From a virus: a stretch of DNA of 64,000 nucleotides. This document shows positions 20,573 to 30,586 of this stretch, in pieces; position 1 is the stretch's first letter; every line of letters begins with the position of its first letter. The DNA is taken from positions 1-64,000 of IMG/VR virus record IMGVR_UViG_3300005613_000044; one strand, given 5' to 3'. A program made the translations under genes and the position numbers. The notes under the pieces were generated by a model. The model worked only from the letters and a program-made list of their open reading frames with translations. It did no database searches and was not told the origin of the DNA.

Positions 20573-21100
20573 ATGGCTAATCAATATCCTGCTGAAAGTA
20601 AAAAGAACAGAGACCAAGCAATATCAGGGGGGAAGAAGAGATACCTCTCTGCCACTCCATGTAAGAAATGTGGAACATATGAGAGGTATGTTTCAACTTA
20701 TGGTTGCTGTAAGTGTGTGGTGGAAGCAGGATTAAAGAAACTTGCTGATAAGGAGTTGATGGCACCTTATAGAACAAAGGAGAATCAAGCAAAGAAACAA
20801 AAAGCCTGGAGGGAAAAGAACTACGAAAAGTTTCAGCAACAGTGGTTGAGATATCCAGAAAAGAGTAATGCCAGAGCCGCCAAGAGAAGGGCCGCAGTAA
20901 GAAATCAAACACCAGATTTGACTGAAGAACAAGTCAAACAAATATTGACAATATATGAAGAGTGTAGTAGAATTTCTGTTGAAACTGATATCCCTCACGA
21001 AGTGGACCACATTATTCCTATTTGTAAAGGTGGATTACACCATCCAGACAACCTACAAATTTTGACTATGAAAGAAAACCGTGAGAAGGGTGGAAAGTGA
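20573..21100 (+). CDS. HNH endonuclease (likely homing)
   Basis: N-terminal CKKC/CCKC; HEVDHIIP..KGGLHHPDNLQIL....N..K; extended -10 TGCTATAAT upstream. Confidence 0.85.
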   Translation: MANQYPAESKKNRDQAISGGKKRYLSATPCKKCGTYERYVSTYGCCKCVVEAGLKKLADKELMAPYRTKENQAKKQKAWREKNYEKFQQQWLRYPEKSNARAAKRRAAVRNQTPDLTEEQVKQILTIYEECSRISVETDIPHEVDHIIPICKGGLHHPDNLQILTMKENREKGGK

Positions 21101-22143
21101 AGATAGGAATTATCAGCGACACACATTTCGGGGCTAGAAAGGGTTCTAAACTCTTTCATGATTATTTTGAGGAGTTTTATAAAAATATTTTCTTCCCAAC
21201 TCTAGATGAACAAGGTATTGATACTGTAGTTCATATGGGTGATGCTTTTGATAGTAGGAAAGGTATTGAATTTAAATCTCTTGACTGGTCAAAAAGAGTT
21301 GTTTTTAATCCTCTCAAACAAAGAGGAATTCAAGTTCACTTGATGGTTGGTAATCACGATGCCTACTATAAGAACACAAATGAAATTAATGCAATAAACC
21401 TTCTACTTAAAGAGTATGATAATGTTAAAGTCTACTCTTCTGCAACGGAAGTTGAACTTGGAAATCTGAAAACACTTTTTATTCCTTGGATTAATGAACA
21501 AAATCAAAATCAAACTGAAAAACTTATTCAAAAGACATCTTGCAAGTGTGCGATGGGGCACCTTGAGCTCCAGGGATTTAGAATTAATAAACAAATCACC
21601 ATGGATCATGGTATGGAGAGCAAACTATTTGACAAGTTCACCAAAGTCTTCAGCGGTCACTATCACACTAGATCGGACAACGGAAAAATATTCTACTTAG
21701 GAAATCCTTATGAGATTTATTGGACTGATGTGAATGATCTAAGAGGATTTACTATTTTTGATACAGAAACTCTAGAACATTATCCGGTAAATAATCCTTA
21801 TCGTATCTTTTACAATATCTATTACGAAGATCAAGATTATCAAATATTCGATACTTCAGAATATAAGAATAAAATTGTCAAACTTATTGTTCGTAAGAAG
21901 AGTGATATTAAAAAGTTTGAAAAGTTTATTGATAAACTTTATTCTTCCGGAATTGCTGATTTAAAGGTTGTAGAAAATTTTGACTTTTCTTCTCTTACTG
22001 AAGAACAAAGTGAAGTTTTTGAATCCGAAGATACACTTTCTATTCTTGATAGATATATACAAGAGGCTGATACTGAACTCGATAAATCCAACATCCAGTC
22101 AATTATCAGAGAAATTTATCAAGAAGCATGTGAATTAGGGTAA
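21097..22143 (+). CDS. gp47: Recombination endonuclease, Mre11/SbcD-like
   Basis: SDTHFG, GDAFD, GNHD, SGHYH. Confidence 0.95.
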   Translation: MKIGIISDTHFGARKGSKLFHDYFEEFYKNIFFPTLDEQGIDTVVHMGDAFDSRKGIEFKSLDWSKRVVFNPLKQRGIQVHLMVGNHDAYYKNTNEINAINLLLKEYDNVKVYSSATEVELGNLKTLFIPWINEQNQNQTEKLIQKTSCKCAMGHLELQGFRINKQITMDHGMESKLFDKFTKVFSGHYHTRSDNGKIFYLGNPYEIYWTDVNDLRGFTIFDTETLEHYPVNNPYRIFYNIYYEDQDYQIFDTSEYKNKIVKLIVRKKSDIKKFEKFIDKLYSSGIADLKVVENFDFSSLTEEQSEVFESEDTLSILDRYIQEADTELDKSNIQSIIREIYQEACELG

Positions 22144-22421
22144 TGTATATTATTACAGTTGCTGGTAAAGAAAAGAAGGGGGCTTATTCTCTTATCGATG
22201 AGGATAACGAAGAAGTTCTTTTTATTTTTGAAGAAGAAGATGATGCTACCAGATATGTAATGCAACTGGAAGATATGGGTTATCCTAAAATGAAAGTTCT
22301 TGAAATTGAAGATGAAGTAATGATAAAAACTTGTGAAATACATGGGCACAGATATACTGTTATAACTTCTAATGACATTGTAATTCCTCCTGATACTGAC
22401 ACCTCTCATGATTACATTTAA
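22143..22421 (+). CDS. Hypothetical protein
   Basis: Coupled ORF between gp47 and gp46. Confidence 0.65.
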   Translation: MYIITVAGKEKKGAYSLIDEDNEEVLFIFEEEDDATRYVMQLEDMGYPKMKVLEIEDEVMIKTCEIHGHRYTVITSNDIVIPPDTDTSHDYI

Positions 22422-24144
22422 AAATATTCGTTGGCGTAATTTTCTTTCTACCGGAAATCAATTTACTAAAGTATCTCTGGATAAAACTTCTACAACTCTT
22501 ATTATCGGAACAAATGGAGCTGGCAAGTCAACTATTCTTGATGCATTGACCTTTTCTTTGTATGGAAAGTCATTTCGTAAGATTAATAAAAATCAACTTA
22601 TCAATACTACCAATGAGAAGAATTGTTTGGTAGAAATTGAATTTGATTTGAATGGAACTGAGTGGAAAATTGAGAGAGGAATTAAGCCTAATATTTTTAA
22701 AATTCATAGAGATGGTGAAGAGTTAGATCAATCACACTCTGCCATTGATCAACAAAAGTGGTTGGAACAGAATGTCTTAAAGATGAACTATAAAAGTTTT
22801 ACTCAAATTGTAATTCTTGGTTCTTCCACTTTTGTTCCTTTTATGCAACTTCCTGTTTCGAGTAGAAGAGAAGTTGTGGAAGATCTTTTGGATATTAAGA
22901 TTTTTTCATCGATGAATACTCTCATCAAGGAAAAGATTCGAACAATTCGAGATGAAATTAAAACCTTTGAATTAAAAAAAGAATCACTTAAAGATAAAGT
23001 TGAAATGCAAAAAAACTTTATTGATGAGATTCTGAGTGAAGGTAAGAAGAATATTGAGGAAAAGTGTCAAGTTATTAGTGATCTCAATGTAGAAATTGAA
23101 AAGTATACACAAGATAATGATCATCTTCGTGAAGAGGTAGATACTCAATCATCAATTGTCAGTGAGTTTGAAAATGCTTCTTCTAAATTAAAGGAGTATG
23201 GGAATTGTAAAGGTAAAATCACCCAAAAAATCAGTAATATTGTAAAAGAACACAAATTTTTTACTGAAAACACTGTCTGCCCTACCTGTGATCAAGATAT
23301 CGAAGAATCATTCCGTGTAAATAGAATTAAGGACTCTCAAGATAAAGCACAAGAATTGCAGAAGGGATTTCAAGAACTTCAAGAAGCAATTAAAAAGGAA
23401 GAGTTGAGAGAGTCAAAATTTAATACTATTTCGGGAGTTATTCGAAATTTACTTAATGACGTTAATCAAAACAATACTAACATCTCTGGATGTCAGAAAC
23501 AAATCAAGAGACTGGAATCGGAAATTCAAACTACTGCCAGCAGACTTGAAAATAGAAATTCTGAACATGAGAAGCTAGAGTCTTTCAGAGAAAAGTTGGA
23601 AGATACTTATCAACAACTTGCTGATTTAAAGGAAAAAATTTCATATTATGATTTTTCTTACAATCTTCTGAAAGATGGCGGAGTAAAATCTTTAATCGTC
23701 AAAAAGTATCTTCCACTGATTAATCAATCGGTGAACAAGTATCTCCAGTTAATGGATTTTTATATTAATTTTAAACTCGATGATGAGTTTAATGAAACAA
23801 TTGAATCTCCAATTCATGAAGACTTTTCATATTCTTCTTTTTCTGAAGGAGAGAAAATGAGAATTGATTTAGCTCTTCTTTTTACTTGGAGAGAGATTGC
23901 AAGATTTAAAAATTCTGTCAATACAAATCTTTTGATTATGGATGAAGTTTTTGATTCTTCCCTTGATGGATTTGGAACTGAAGAATTCTTAAAAATCATT
24001 AGATATGTGATTAAAGATGCTAACATCTTTGTCATTTCTCATAAAAATGGTCTTGAAGATAAGTTTGATGATGTAATAAAATTTGAAAAAGTCAAAGGAT
24101 TCTCAAGGATGGTGACAGAAGATGGTTCTCAAGTGGACACATGA
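22408..24144 (+). CDS. gp46: Recombination ATPase, Rad50/SbcC-like
   Basis: GTNGAGKST, CPTC zinc hook, FSEGEK, MDEVFD. Confidence 0.95.
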   Translation: MITFKNIRWRNFLSTGNQFTKVSLDKTSTTLIIGTNGAGKSTILDALTFSLYGKSFRKINKNQLINTTNEKNCLVEIEFDLNGTEWKIERGIKPNIFKIHRDGEELDQSHSAIDQQKWLEQNVLKMNYKSFTQIVILGSSTFVPFMQLPVSSRREVVEDLLDIKIFSSMNTLIKEKIRTIRDEIKTFELKKESLKDKVEMQKNFIDEILSEGKKNIEEKCQVISDLNVEIEKYTQDNDHLREEVDTQSSIVSEFENASSKLKEYGNCKGKITQKISNIVKEHKFFTENTVCPTCDQDIEESFRVNRIKDSQDKAQELQKGFQELQEAIKKEELRESKFNTISGVIRNLLNDVNQNNTNISGCQKQIKRLESEIQTTASRLENRNSEHEKLESFREKLEDTYQQLADLKEKISYYDFSYNLLKDGGVKSLIVKKYLPLINQSVNKYLQLMDFYINFKLDDEFNETIESPIHEDFSYSSFSEGEKMRIDLALLFTWREIARFKNSVNTNLLIMDEVFDSSLDGFGTEEFLKIIRYVIKDANIFVISHKNGLEDKFDDVIKFEKVKGFSRMVTEDGSQVDT

Positions 24145-24191
24145 AAAACTGTCACTGGTAACTCCCAGCAGGATCTGAAGTTTGGTATTAT
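24135..24191 (+). promoter_or_regulatory. Putative early promoter with upstream palindromic motif
   Basis: GGACA-N10-TGTCA-N31-TATTAT; same geometry as 26349-26405. Confidence 0.6.
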
Positions 24192-24214
24192 ATGGGTAAC
24201 GGAGAAAACTACCC

Positions 24215-26350
24215 ATGCCGATCAATTACGAAATCAAGTCCCAGCTGGCTAAACTTCTTGCAACTGAAGATCTAATTGTAGAAAATCGTAATGTTGAAAC
24301 GGCACAGTTTGATGTTGAACGTCGTATTTTGACTCTTCCTATGTGGAAACGAGCCAGTAATGATGTTTATGATATGCTTGTAGGTCATGAAGTTGGTCAT
24401 GCACTTTACACCCCCAATGACTGGTCTTTTGAGGGTAAGATTCCTAAACAGTTTGTCAATGTGACCGAAGATGCTCGTATTGAGAAACTGATGAAACGTC
24501 GGTATTCTGGTATCTCAAAAACCTTTTATAGGGGTTATGAAGAACTTTCTGAAAAAGATTTCTTTGGTATTGAAGGAGAAGATCTGTCTAAAAAGAATCT
24601 TGCAGATCGTGTAAATCTTTGGTTCAAGATTGGTAACTTTATTGACATTCCTATCCAAAGTGGTGAGGAGATGGAAATTGTCAATATGATTTCTGAATGT
24701 GAAACTTTTTCAGATGCGGTTCTTGCAGCTGAGGTTCTATACAAGTATTGTAAATCGGAACAACAGAAAGTTTCAGATATTGAAACTCCTGACCAAAAAT
24801 CTGGTGAAGGTAAAAGTGGGGATGATATGACCCATGAAGAAATGATTGAGGAAGCGAAAAGGAGAGAGGAAGAGAATTTAGAATCAAGTAGTGGTGGTGA
24901 TAATAATTCAAATGTAGACAGTTCCAATGACATTGATAGTGAACCAGAGGTTGAAACTGATAGCACTTTTAGTGATGGTGTTCAGGAACTGAACGGAAAT
25001 GAAAGTTCTAATGAGTCGGTTTATTTTGAAGTTCCTAAAGTGAATCTTGGAGAAATTGTAATTTCTAACAATAAAGTTTATTCTGAATTACATGATTTCT
25101 TTATCGACCAGACAACTTCTAAAGAATATTGGGATTCATATTTTGAAGAATATCGTTGGTCTAAACCTGTAGATTATAGTCTTTCTGATAATGACTATAA
25201 AAAATTCAAATCTTCTGCTCAAAAAGAAGTGAATTACTTGGTGAAAGAATTTGAATCCAAAAAATCTGCAGATTCTTATTCACGAGCTACGACTTCAAGA
25301 ACTGGTGTTTTGGATTGTTCTAAACTTCATACTTATAAGTATAATGAAGATTTATTCAAGAAAGTTACTACTCTTGCTGATGGTAAAAATCATGGATTGA
25401 TTTTTATTCTTGATTGGTCTGGTTCAATGTCAAATACTCTTCTTGATACTGTTAAACAACTCTACAATCTGATTATTTTTTGTAATAAAGTAAAAATTCC
25501 CTTTGATGTTTATGCTTTTACTAATAATTACATCGACAAAAATTGCTCAAGGTATAATAAAAAATGGAAAGACATCACCTATCAGGAGTTTGGTGAATAT
25601 AAGTTGAATATTGGTAGAGATGTAAATCTTATTCATTTTTTCACTAGTGATGTGAGAAAGAGTGAACTTGAAAAACAGATGATTTATTTTTGGAGATTGG
25701 CTTACTCTAATTCTGGTATGGGTTACTATGACGTTCCTTCAAATTATTCTCTAAGTGGAACTCCTTTGAACGAATCTATTATTTGTCTTCATGAGATTAT
25801 TCCTCAATTTCAAAAGAAGAATAAAGTTCAAAAAGTTCAATGTATTATTTTGACAGATGGGGAAGCTAATTCTGTTCCGATTTTTAGTCCCTATACTTAT
25901 AATGGTGTTACGGAAATTGGAAATCATTATCCCAGAACAGGAAGTTATCTTCGAAATCGAAAGACTGGACATACTTATCGGATTGAATATGAATTCTATA
26001 AGTTTACTGAAGTTTTATTGAAAGATTTGAAACAGAAATTTCCACAGGTAAATTTTATTGGAATTCGTATTCTTACAAATAGTGAATTTAGTAAATTTGT
26101 TCATAGGTATGAATCTTGTATTGGTGAAGATAAATATAAAAAAATGAAAAAAGAAAAATTCTGTAACATTAAAAATTCTGGATATACTTCTTACTTTGGT
26201 ATGTTAAATTCTTCTTTGAATGTTGATACGAATTTTGATGTTGAAGATGGAGCTTCTAAATCAAAAATCAAGTCAGCTTTTATCAAGAATTTGAAGTCTA
26301 AATCAATGAACAAAAAGGTTCTAAATCAGTTCGTCGATCTGATCTGTTGA
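24215..26350 (+). CDS. Metallopeptidase-like (HExxH) plus VWA domain protein (CobT-like partner)
   Basis: HEVGHAL, NVTEDARIE, LDWSGSM MIDAS motif, LTDGE. Confidence 0.8.
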   Translation: MPINYEIKSQLAKLLATEDLIVENRNVETAQFDVERRILTLPMWKRASNDVYDMLVGHEVGHALYTPNDWSFEGKIPKQFVNVTEDARIEKLMKRRYSGISKTFYRGYEELSEKDFFGIEGEDLSKKNLADRVNLWFKIGNFIDIPIQSGEEMEIVNMISECETFSDAVLAAEVLYKYCKSEQQKVSDIETPDQKSGEGKSGDDMTHEEMIEEAKRREEENLESSSGGDNNSNVDSSNDIDSEPEVETDSTFSDGVQELNGNESSNESVYFEVPKVNLGEIVISNNKVYSELHDFFIDQTTSKEYWDSYFEEYRWSKPVDYSLSDNDYKKFKSSAQKEVNYLVKEFESKKSADSYSRATTSRTGVLDCSKLHTYKYNEDLFKKVTTLADGKNHGLIFILDWSGSMSNTLLDTVKQLYNLIIFCNKVKIPFDVYAFTNNYIDKNCSRYNKKWKDITYQEFGEYKLNIGRDVNLIHFFTSDVRKSELEKQMIYFWRLAYSNSGMGYYDVPSNYSLSGTPLNESIICLHEIIPQFQKKNKVQKVQCIILTDGEANSVPIFSPYTYNGVTEIGNHYPRTGSYLRNRKTGHTYRIEYEFYKFTEVLLKDLKQKFPQVNFIGIRILTNSEFSKFVHRYESCIGEDKYKKMKKEKFCNIKNSGYTSYFGMLNSSLNVDTNFDVEDGASKSKIKSAFIKNLKSKSMNKKVLNQFVDLIC

Positions 26351-26405
26351 TCACTTTGACAAGTGTCATAGGAGGAAGATCCATCTCCCTCCTCTAGGTT
26401 ATAAT
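26349..26405 (+). promoter_or_regulatory. Putative early promoter with upstream palindromic motif
   Basis: GATCA-N10-TGTCA-N31-TATAAT. Confidence 0.6.
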
Positions 26406-26435
26406 ATACTTGTAGGACAAAACCACTACTTCATC

Positions 26436-27542
26436 ATGTCTATCTCTTCTGAATACATTGTCACCTCACTTCAAAATCTTTATGGAGAAAATGTTACATC
26501 TGGTGATATTCGTGCCTGGTGTGCAATGAATGGATCTAACTATCAAACGGTTACCAATAAACTAACTCAATACAAAGTGGGTCGTGGCAAGTGGAATCTT
26601 GAAGTGACTCAAGAAAAAGTGGAAGAGATCGAACGTACTTATCAAGCACCTGCTTCTCTTCCTTCAATCGAACAAAACCTTATTCCCGAGAAAGATGATA
26701 CCTTCGTCAAGTTTGGTAATTTTGGTGACATTAAAAAGATTATTCAATCCAATCTTTTCTACCCTACATTCATTACGGGCCTTTCTGGAAACGGTAAAAC
26801 CTTTCTGGTTGAGCAATCATGTGCACAACTCAAGAGGGAGTTAATCCGTGTCAACATTACCATCGAAACTGATGAAGATGATCTTATTGGTGGTTTCCGT
26901 CTTGTTAATGGTGAAACTGTGTGGCATAACGGGCCTGTCATTGAAGCACTTGAACGGGGAGCTGTGTTGCTTCTAGATGAGGTTGACTTAGCATCCAATA
27001 AGATTCTGTGTCTTCAGTCTATCCTTGAAGGTAAAGGTGTGTTTCTGAAGAAGATTGGCAAGTTTGTTCAACCAAAAGATGGCTTCAATATTATTGCAAC
27101 TGCAAATACTAAGGGTAAAGGTTCGGATGATGGTCGTTTCATTGGCACCAACGTTCTGAACGAAGCATTCCTTGAACGTTTCTGTGTCACCTTTGAACAA
27201 GAATATCCCACTCCTGCTAATGAGGCAAAGATCTTGATGAAGGTTGCTGAGTCTCTTGGTGTTAATGATGATAATTTCATCACTCGTCTTGTAGATTGGG
27301 GTGACATTATTCGTAAGACCTTCTATGATGGTGGTATTGACGAGATTATCAGTACTCGTCGTTTGGTACATATCATTAAAGCATTTCAAATCTTTGGTGA
27401 TAAGGCAAAGGCAATTCAAGTATGTTTGAATCGTTTTGATGATGAAACTAAACAAGTTTTTATGGAACTTTATGATAAAGTAGATTCTGAGTTCCAAATG
27501 CCTTCTAACAAAGAATCTCTTGACTCTGAAAACTTCTCTTGA
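26436..27542 (+). CDS. cobS: MoxR/CobS-type AAA+ ATPase
   Basis: GLSGNGKT, LLLDEVD, NEAFLERF, ISTRRL. Confidence 0.9.
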   Translation: MSISSEYIVTSLQNLYGENVTSGDIRAWCAMNGSNYQTVTNKLTQYKVGRGKWNLEVTQEKVEEIERTYQAPASLPSIEQNLIPEKDDTFVKFGNFGDIKKIIQSNLFYPTFITGLSGNGKTFLVEQSCAQLKRELIRVNITIETDEDDLIGGFRLVNGETVWHNGPVIEALERGAVLLLDEVDLASNKILCLQSILEGKGVFLKKIGKFVQPKDGFNIIATANTKGKGSDDGRFIGTNVLNEAFLERFCVTFEQEYPTPANEAKILMKVAESLGVNDDNFITRLVDWGDIIRKTFYDGGIDEIISTRRLVHIIKAFQIFGDKAKAIQVCLNRFDDETKQVFMELYDKVDSEFQMPSNKESLDSENFS

Positions 27543-27548
27543 TATAAT
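27520..27548 (+). promoter_or_regulatory. Sigma70-type promoter
   Basis: TTGACT-N17-TATAAT. Confidence 0.7.
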
Positions 27549-27553
27549 CTAAT

Positions 27554-27967
27554 ATGGAAAACTTTGAATCTACTGATCGGGGTGACTTTTGGGACACTTA
27601 CTATGGTGATGATTACTTACAAATTATTGGAAATGCAATGAACGAAAATGATTATGTTAATGGAGAATCAAATCCTCCAAATCAATGGAAGTATAATGAA
27701 GAGGAGATTGTAAAAGAACTCCTTGAATATATTCGAGGAACTTACAGTCAGCATTATTCTGCTGGTGATGATAAAGTCCAAACACTGGATTTGATTGAGG
27801 CATGTGGTGATGGTGAAGCATTTTGCAGATCTAACATTCTGAAGTATGCTTCTAGATATGATAAAAAAGGCACTGCTCGTATGGATATCATGAAGGTTCT
27901 GCATTATGCAGTTCTTCTCATGAATTACAACGATCGTAATGCACAACGTGAAACTTACAACCAATGA
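27554..27967 (+). CDS. DUF3310-like hypothetical protein
   Basis: HY...QTLDLI....GEAFCRSNILKYASRYDKKG...DIMKVLHY. Confidence 0.65.
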   Translation: MENFESTDRGDFWDTYYGDDYLQIIGNAMNENDYVNGESNPPNQWKYNEEEIVKELLEYIRGTYSQHYSAGDDKVQTLDLIEACGDGEAFCRSNILKYASRYDKKGTARMDIMKVLHYAVLLMNYNDRNAQRETYNQ

Positions 27968-28635
27968 ACATGAAACTGTCTGAAACTACTGTCAATTTCC
28001 TCAAAAACTTTTCTTCTATCAATCAATCGATTCTTTTCAAAGAAGGTAACAAACTGAGATCTATTTCTGTTATGAAGAATATTCTTGCAGAAGCAACAAT
28101 CACAGAAGATATTCCTAAAGACTTTGGTATCTATGATCTTAATCAGTTTTTGAATGGTCTGAGTCTCCACTCAAATCCAGATCTTGATTTTACAAATAAT
28201 GAGTACGTTCTCATCAAAGAAGGAAAGATGAGATCCAAGTACTTCTTTGCGGATCCCACAGTAATTGTTTCTCCTCCCGAAAAAGAAATTTCACTTCCTA
28301 CTGAAGATGTAAGTTTCGTAATTACAAGTCAACAGCTTGAGAAACTTAAGAAAGCATCTTCTATTTACCAACTTCCAGATATTTCTGTTATTGGTGAAGA
28401 TGGCATTGTGAAACTGGTTGTTCGTGATAAGAAGAACGATACCTCTCACAAATTTGATATCGAAGTTGGTGAAACTGATTCTGACTTTGTATTTAATTTC
28501 AAAGAGGAGAATTTGAAGATTCTTCCAGGAACCTATGATGTTGTAGTTTCTTCCAAACTTCTTTCTAGGTTTACGAGTCAAAATCACGATCTTTGTTATT
28601 ATATCGCTCTCGAACCAGATTCCACTTTTGGGTGA
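27964..28635 (+). CDS. gp45: Sliding clamp
   Basis: LKNFSSINQSI, FGIYDLNQFL, YYIALE. Confidence 0.95.
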   Translation: MNMKLSETTVNFLKNFSSINQSILFKEGNKLRSISVMKNILAEATITEDIPKDFGIYDLNQFLNGLSLHSNPDLDFTNNEYVLIKEGKMRSKYFFADPTVIVSPPEKEISLPTEDVSFVITSQQLEKLKKASSIYQLPDISVIGEDGIVKLVVRDKKNDTSHKFDIEVGETDSDFVFNFKEENLKILPGTYDVVVSSKLLSRFTSQNHDLCYYIALEPDSTFG

Positions 28636-28970
28636 TGAAACATATACTCTTCACATTAAAAGGTTGTCCTTTTGAGTTATTGGATGATGAGGCACATATT
28701 CGTAATGTCCTTACAAATGCTGCCTTATTATCTGAGAGTACACTTCTAGGTATTCAATCTCATAAATTTCAACCTCAAGGAGTTACTGCTGTTGCTCTTC
28801 TCGCAGAGTCTCACATCTCAATCCACACATGGCCTGAGAACGGTATGGCAGTATGTGATGTGTTCACTTGTGGTGATCATACTAATCCAAGAGCTGGTGC
28901 TACTTATATGTACGAAGCAATGGGTGCAACTGATTTAGTTTCTGAAACTTTTAAGAGACCTTTGGAATGA
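28635..28970 (+). CDS. speD: S-adenosylmethionine decarboxylase proenzyme
   Basis: HKFQPQGVT..LLAESHISIHTWPE...CDVFTCG; start set at the ATG overlapping the gp45 stop. Confidence 0.92.
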   Translation: MKHILFTLKGCPFELLDDEAHIRNVLTNAALLSESTLLGIQSHKFQPQGVTAVALLAESHISIHTWPENGMAVCDVFTCGDHTNPRAGATYMYEAMGATDLVSETFKRPLE

Positions 28971-29494
28971 ATATTTTTGTTACTTCTCCTGACCCTTGGG
29001 AGTCTGCAAGGGTTCTTCCTGACAAACACATTGTTAAGATGCCTTTAGAGACCTGTCAGATGCTCGCCATCGTGTGTTCTGAGAAATGGGGTCACGGGTT
29101 TGGAACCCTCCCTAAGGTCGATGGAACCCCCTACAAGACCGATAAAGGGTCTTTTAGGAACCATCCCTGTACCATATGGGCAAACGATTTTGTGATGAAC
29201 TGGCAGTGGTTACTCTCTCATGGATTTGCTCTTTGTGCTGAGTACGCTGCTCGTTATGGTAAGGTTCATACATGTTTCACAACTCTGAATGCTGCAAAGG
29301 AAATTCTTCCTACTGGAGATCCTACAGGACGTTCTGGGAAGGGTCCTAAATCGTTTGTGTTCGCTGGACCTGATGAATTCAAGTATGATGAGAATCTGGA
29401 TATCTATACAAAATATAAGATGTACATTGCATCTAAACCTTGGGTAAAGGATAATTACCTTCGATTACCTAACCGTAAACCTGAATGGGTATGA
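28967..29494 (+). CDS. Pyrimidine-dimer DNA glycosylase-like protein
   Basis: MNIFVT..DP..SA..LPDKHIVKMPLE..QML, HPCTIW. Confidence 0.7.
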   Translation: MNIFVTSPDPWESARVLPDKHIVKMPLETCQMLAIVCSEKWGHGFGTLPKVDGTPYKTDKGSFRNHPCTIWANDFVMNWQWLLSHGFALCAEYAARYGKVHTCFTTLNAAKEILPTGDPTGRSGKGPKSFVFAGPDEFKYDENLDIYTKYKMYIASKPWVKDNYLRLPNRKPEWV

Positions 29495-29640
29495 AAACAA
29501 CATTGACTATTGGTGATGATGGAGTATTGACATTTTCTGATGAAATCCTCCAAGAAACTGGATGGAAAGAAGGAGATGTGTTAGAATGGATTGACTGTAA
29601 AGACGGTTCTTTTGAATTGAGGAAAACTGATGAGTCGTAA
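29491..29640 (+). CDS. 49-aa AbrB/MazE/SpoVT-like protein (not in the ORF track)
   Basis: MKTTLTIGDDGVLTFSDEILQETGWKEGDVLEW...; overlaps both neighbouring genes. Confidence 0.7.
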   Translation: MKTTLTIGDDGVLTFSDEILQETGWKEGDVLEWIDCKDGSFELRKTDES

Positions 29641-30577
29641 TGAATTCGTTTGGGTCGAAAAATACAGACCACAAACTATTGAAGAATGTATCCTTCCAGA
29701 GGGTATTAAAAAGACATTTCAGGATTTTCTTCAGAGGGGTGAAGTTCCTAATCTTCTTCTTTCTGGGCCTCCTGGATGTGGTAAAACTACCGTAGCTAAA
29801 GCACTTTGTAATGAACTTGGAGTAGATGTTTATGTCATTAATGGATCCGACGAAGGTAGATTCATTGATACTGTCAGAAACAATGCGAAGAATTTCGCTT
29901 CGACCGTATCACTTTCATCAGATGCTAAACACAAAGTCATCATCATTGATGAGGCAGATAACACAACCCCGGATGTACAACTCGCACTTAGGGCGTTTAC
30001 AGAGGAATTTGTTGGTAATTGTAGATTCATCTTTACATGTAACTACAAAAACAAAATCATTGAACCTCTCCACTCCCGTTGTGCCGTCATTGACTTCTCC
30101 CTCAAAGGAAAAGAACGACAAGAACTCGCAGCGAAGTTTTTCAACCGTCTCCGGTCTATACTTGAGACGGAGAGTGTGGAATATGATCCAAAAGTTCTCG
30201 TAGAACTTATCAACAAACACTTCCCAGATTGGAGACGTGTTCTTAACGAGTGTCAAAGATATTCTGTTAGTGGTAAAATTGACACCGGAATTCTAGCAAC
30301 CTTTAGTGATGTAAAAACAGATGATCTCTTTAAAAACCTCAAAGAAAAAAACTTTCCTGAAGTACGGAAGTGGGTTGTTAATAACTTGGATAATGATCCT
30401 TCTTTACTTCTTCGCCGCATTTATGATGGTTGTTATAATGCCTTGGACGGCCCTGGTATTGCTGCTGCTGTTCTTATTATTGCTAAGTACCAGTATCAAA
30501 TTGCGTTCGTCGCAGATCAAGAAATTAATCTTCTGGCGGCGTTGACGGAAATTATGGTTGAATGTAATTTTAAATAA
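29630..30577 (+). CDS. gp44: Clamp loader large subunit
   Basis: WVEKYRP, GPPGCGKTT, IIDEAD, PLHSRC. Confidence 0.96.
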   Translation: MSRNEFVWVEKYRPQTIEECILPEGIKKTFQDFLQRGEVPNLLLSGPPGCGKTTVAKALCNELGVDVYVINGSDEGRFIDTVRNNAKNFASTVSLSSDAKHKVIIIDEADNTTPDVQLALRAFTEEFVGNCRFIFTCNYKNKIIEPLHSRCAVIDFSLKGKERQELAAKFFNRLRSILETESVEYDPKVLVELINKHFPDWRRVLNECQRYSVSGKIDTGILATFSDVKTDDLFKNLKEKNFPEVRKWVVNNLDNDPSLLLRRIYDGCYNALDGPGIAAAVLIIAKYQYQIAFVADQEINLLAALTEIMVECNFK

Positions 30578-30586
30578 TTTATTAAA

